Of a stretch of 64,000 nt of DNA, positions 63,801 to 64,000 are shown piece by piece (the stretch's first letter is position 1; each line of letters starts with the position of its first letter). The notes under the pieces are model-generated. The model saw nothing but the letters and a program-made list of their open reading frames with translations. It did no database searches and was not told where the DNA came from. The DNA is taken from contig CAWHTD010000012.1 of the NCBI GenBank assembly GCA_963832135.1, positions 76,902-140,901 on the forward strand, in the 5' to 3' direction. The DNA comes from Vicinamibacteria bacterium (lineage in GTDB: Bacteria; Acidobacteriota; Vicinamibacteria; Vicinamibacterales; JAENWD01). The translations under genes and the position numbers were made by a program.

Positions 63801-64000
63801 CGCTCACGATCTTGGGGAATTCTTCCCAGCGGAAGCGCGTCCGCACGTGCGAGGGCCGCGTCGGGGTCGCCGGGACGCTCTCGACCGTGATCACTTTCAG
63901 CATCGAGAGCGCGTTGTAGGCAGCGGGCTGTGCGGCCGCCAGGTAGTCCGTCAACAGCAGCTCGAAGAGCCGCTCGCCGACCTCCTGCGCGTAGGCCGCG
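60874..64000 (-). CDS. Giant hypothetical protein A (more than 1,041 aa; N-terminus lies beyond the window edge)
   Basis: The frame stays open from the listed TTG at 63954 to nt 64000 (AAYAQEVGERLFELLL|TDYLAAA...). It has a long Gly/hydrophobic beta-strand-like region (GFTGGGFLIFDREKGEYAGGLELVFKG...GFTLRGVGGLLALNRT). Confidence 0.65.
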   Translation of the reverse strand, partial: AAYAQEVGERLFELLLTDYLAAAQPAAYNALSMLKVITVESVPATPTRPSHVRTRFRWEEFPKIVSEPQGLPERVYGWGRMDFDDGLLLEHVATLGLTLGLPVSYRRGDENALAGYLGLTNVVPPPPERAVVLPFFYANTPGGTVEGAIALQRLPAQGSAMPGLILEPRLPSEMPLEFQLGPSVTMNVRAGSNVGQLFGITLRPPDLVEIRYPLAPGTPPPAAGIGVGFTYAPASPVTLIGDPEASRIELASIAAGLAADVAGTDTSLALTADLLGLKLVIAAREGDTFLSTIIGESPVAVDVPLGIEWKKGTGLRFKGSAAFEVTLHPHLQLGPVRVDDVMVRLAAASDGAPKIRLELGAGVSGKLGPLQFLLEGVGVGMDVAFQPGNAGPFDLDLGFKPPNGAGLAIDAAGFTGGGFLIFDREKGEYAGGLELVFKGTLNVAALGIVTTKLPEGGDGFSILILITSDTPPIQLPFGFTLRGVGGLLALNRTYKRETLLAGLTDGSFDSVLFPKDVVANAPRLIGDLQRVFPVQPGTFLVGPMADITWATPPLIRLKAGVFLQLPRLGFAFIGVLRAALPAEDAAILRLQVNFFGTVDFESGQLEFDATLYDSRVLNFTLTGDMAVRFYWKANANLLLTVGGFNPAYTPPPMNLRQLARLSIVLSDGNPDIRAEAYFAVTANTIQFGGRLELAYSFSIFSVKGFLSLDVLITRSPFHFIAEIAGMIAVRTGGRVLFSIRLELTLEGPLPLHAKGSGSFEIGFVFTVTIRVRFNVTIRPGLPSVLAPLDVLAELAGALANSGNWIPRLPVGSSQSVTLRALPNPTETLVLHPYGFLDVSQKLAPLGIPIQLVGSARPARGTVFTIVDCMVGGAMAPTAPTREEFAPAQFFEMSDAEKLSRPSFAEFDSGVAIGGDPMPRTDFMRQREVAYEVIYLPERHPVRPKYAISSGLASFSIAGAAISRSPLSHASTSSSALSEHVAIVRDRYAVVSTDDLSLHTVDSIFETAFEADVALRRALAEHPELSGTVQVMSTAALTLAEV

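Noticed and set aside
1-64000. A window-wide scan for CRISPR arrays, rRNA/tRNA genes, integrases/transposases, prophage modules and known defence-system signatures (Walker-A NTPases, nucleases).
   Set aside because: No regularly spaced direct repeats, no rRNA-like or tRNA-like segments and no recombinase-like translations were seen. The absence of tRNAs is based on reading by eye only and should be confirmed with tRNAscan/Infernal.

Overview
High-GC (about 67%) bacterial chromosome segment with a probable Acidobacteria-like context: a CarboxypepD_reg-type TonB-dependent receptor, Tat-signal Gfo/Idh/MocA oxidoreductases and many TPR proteins. I recognised no rRNA, tRNA, CRISPR array, transposase or integrase.

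The central finding, at about 25.2-36.1 kb, is a compact locus that reads as an ALG-type lipid-linked oligosaccharide pathway coupled to an oligosaccharyltransferase:
- a WecA/ALG7-like initiating transferase
- a MurG-fold GT28
- an ALG1-like GT33
- ALG2-like and ALG11-like GT4 enzymes
- an ABC flippase candidate and an FkbM methyltransferase
- an STT3/AglB-type oligosaccharyltransferase carrying the WWDYG motif

This predicts N-linked protein glycosylation with a chitobiose-mannose type core. The gene content is unlike the characterised Campylobacter pgl system.

The second notable region (51.2 kb to the window edge) is a tightly packed minus-strand operon of four very large proteins. They have no recognisable motifs, total more than 4,200 aa, and are translationally coupled to a secreted SGNH hydrolase.

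Other content:
- a 2,836-aa cyclic beta-1,2-glucan synthase
- a four-gene operon of secreted hypothetical proteins
- a GH43 hydrolase
- a permease / glutamine-synthetase-like / SDR / aldehyde dehydrogenase catabolic operon
- an M48 protease-TPR module

Five or six genes show single-nucleotide frameshifts (TPR, kinase, glutamine synthetase, cupin, possibly M48). This suggests indel errors in the assembly rather than true pseudogenes.

Many listed ORFs are antisense or out-of-frame high-GC artefacts and are not called. All family assignments come from motif recognition by eye and need HMM or structure confirmation.
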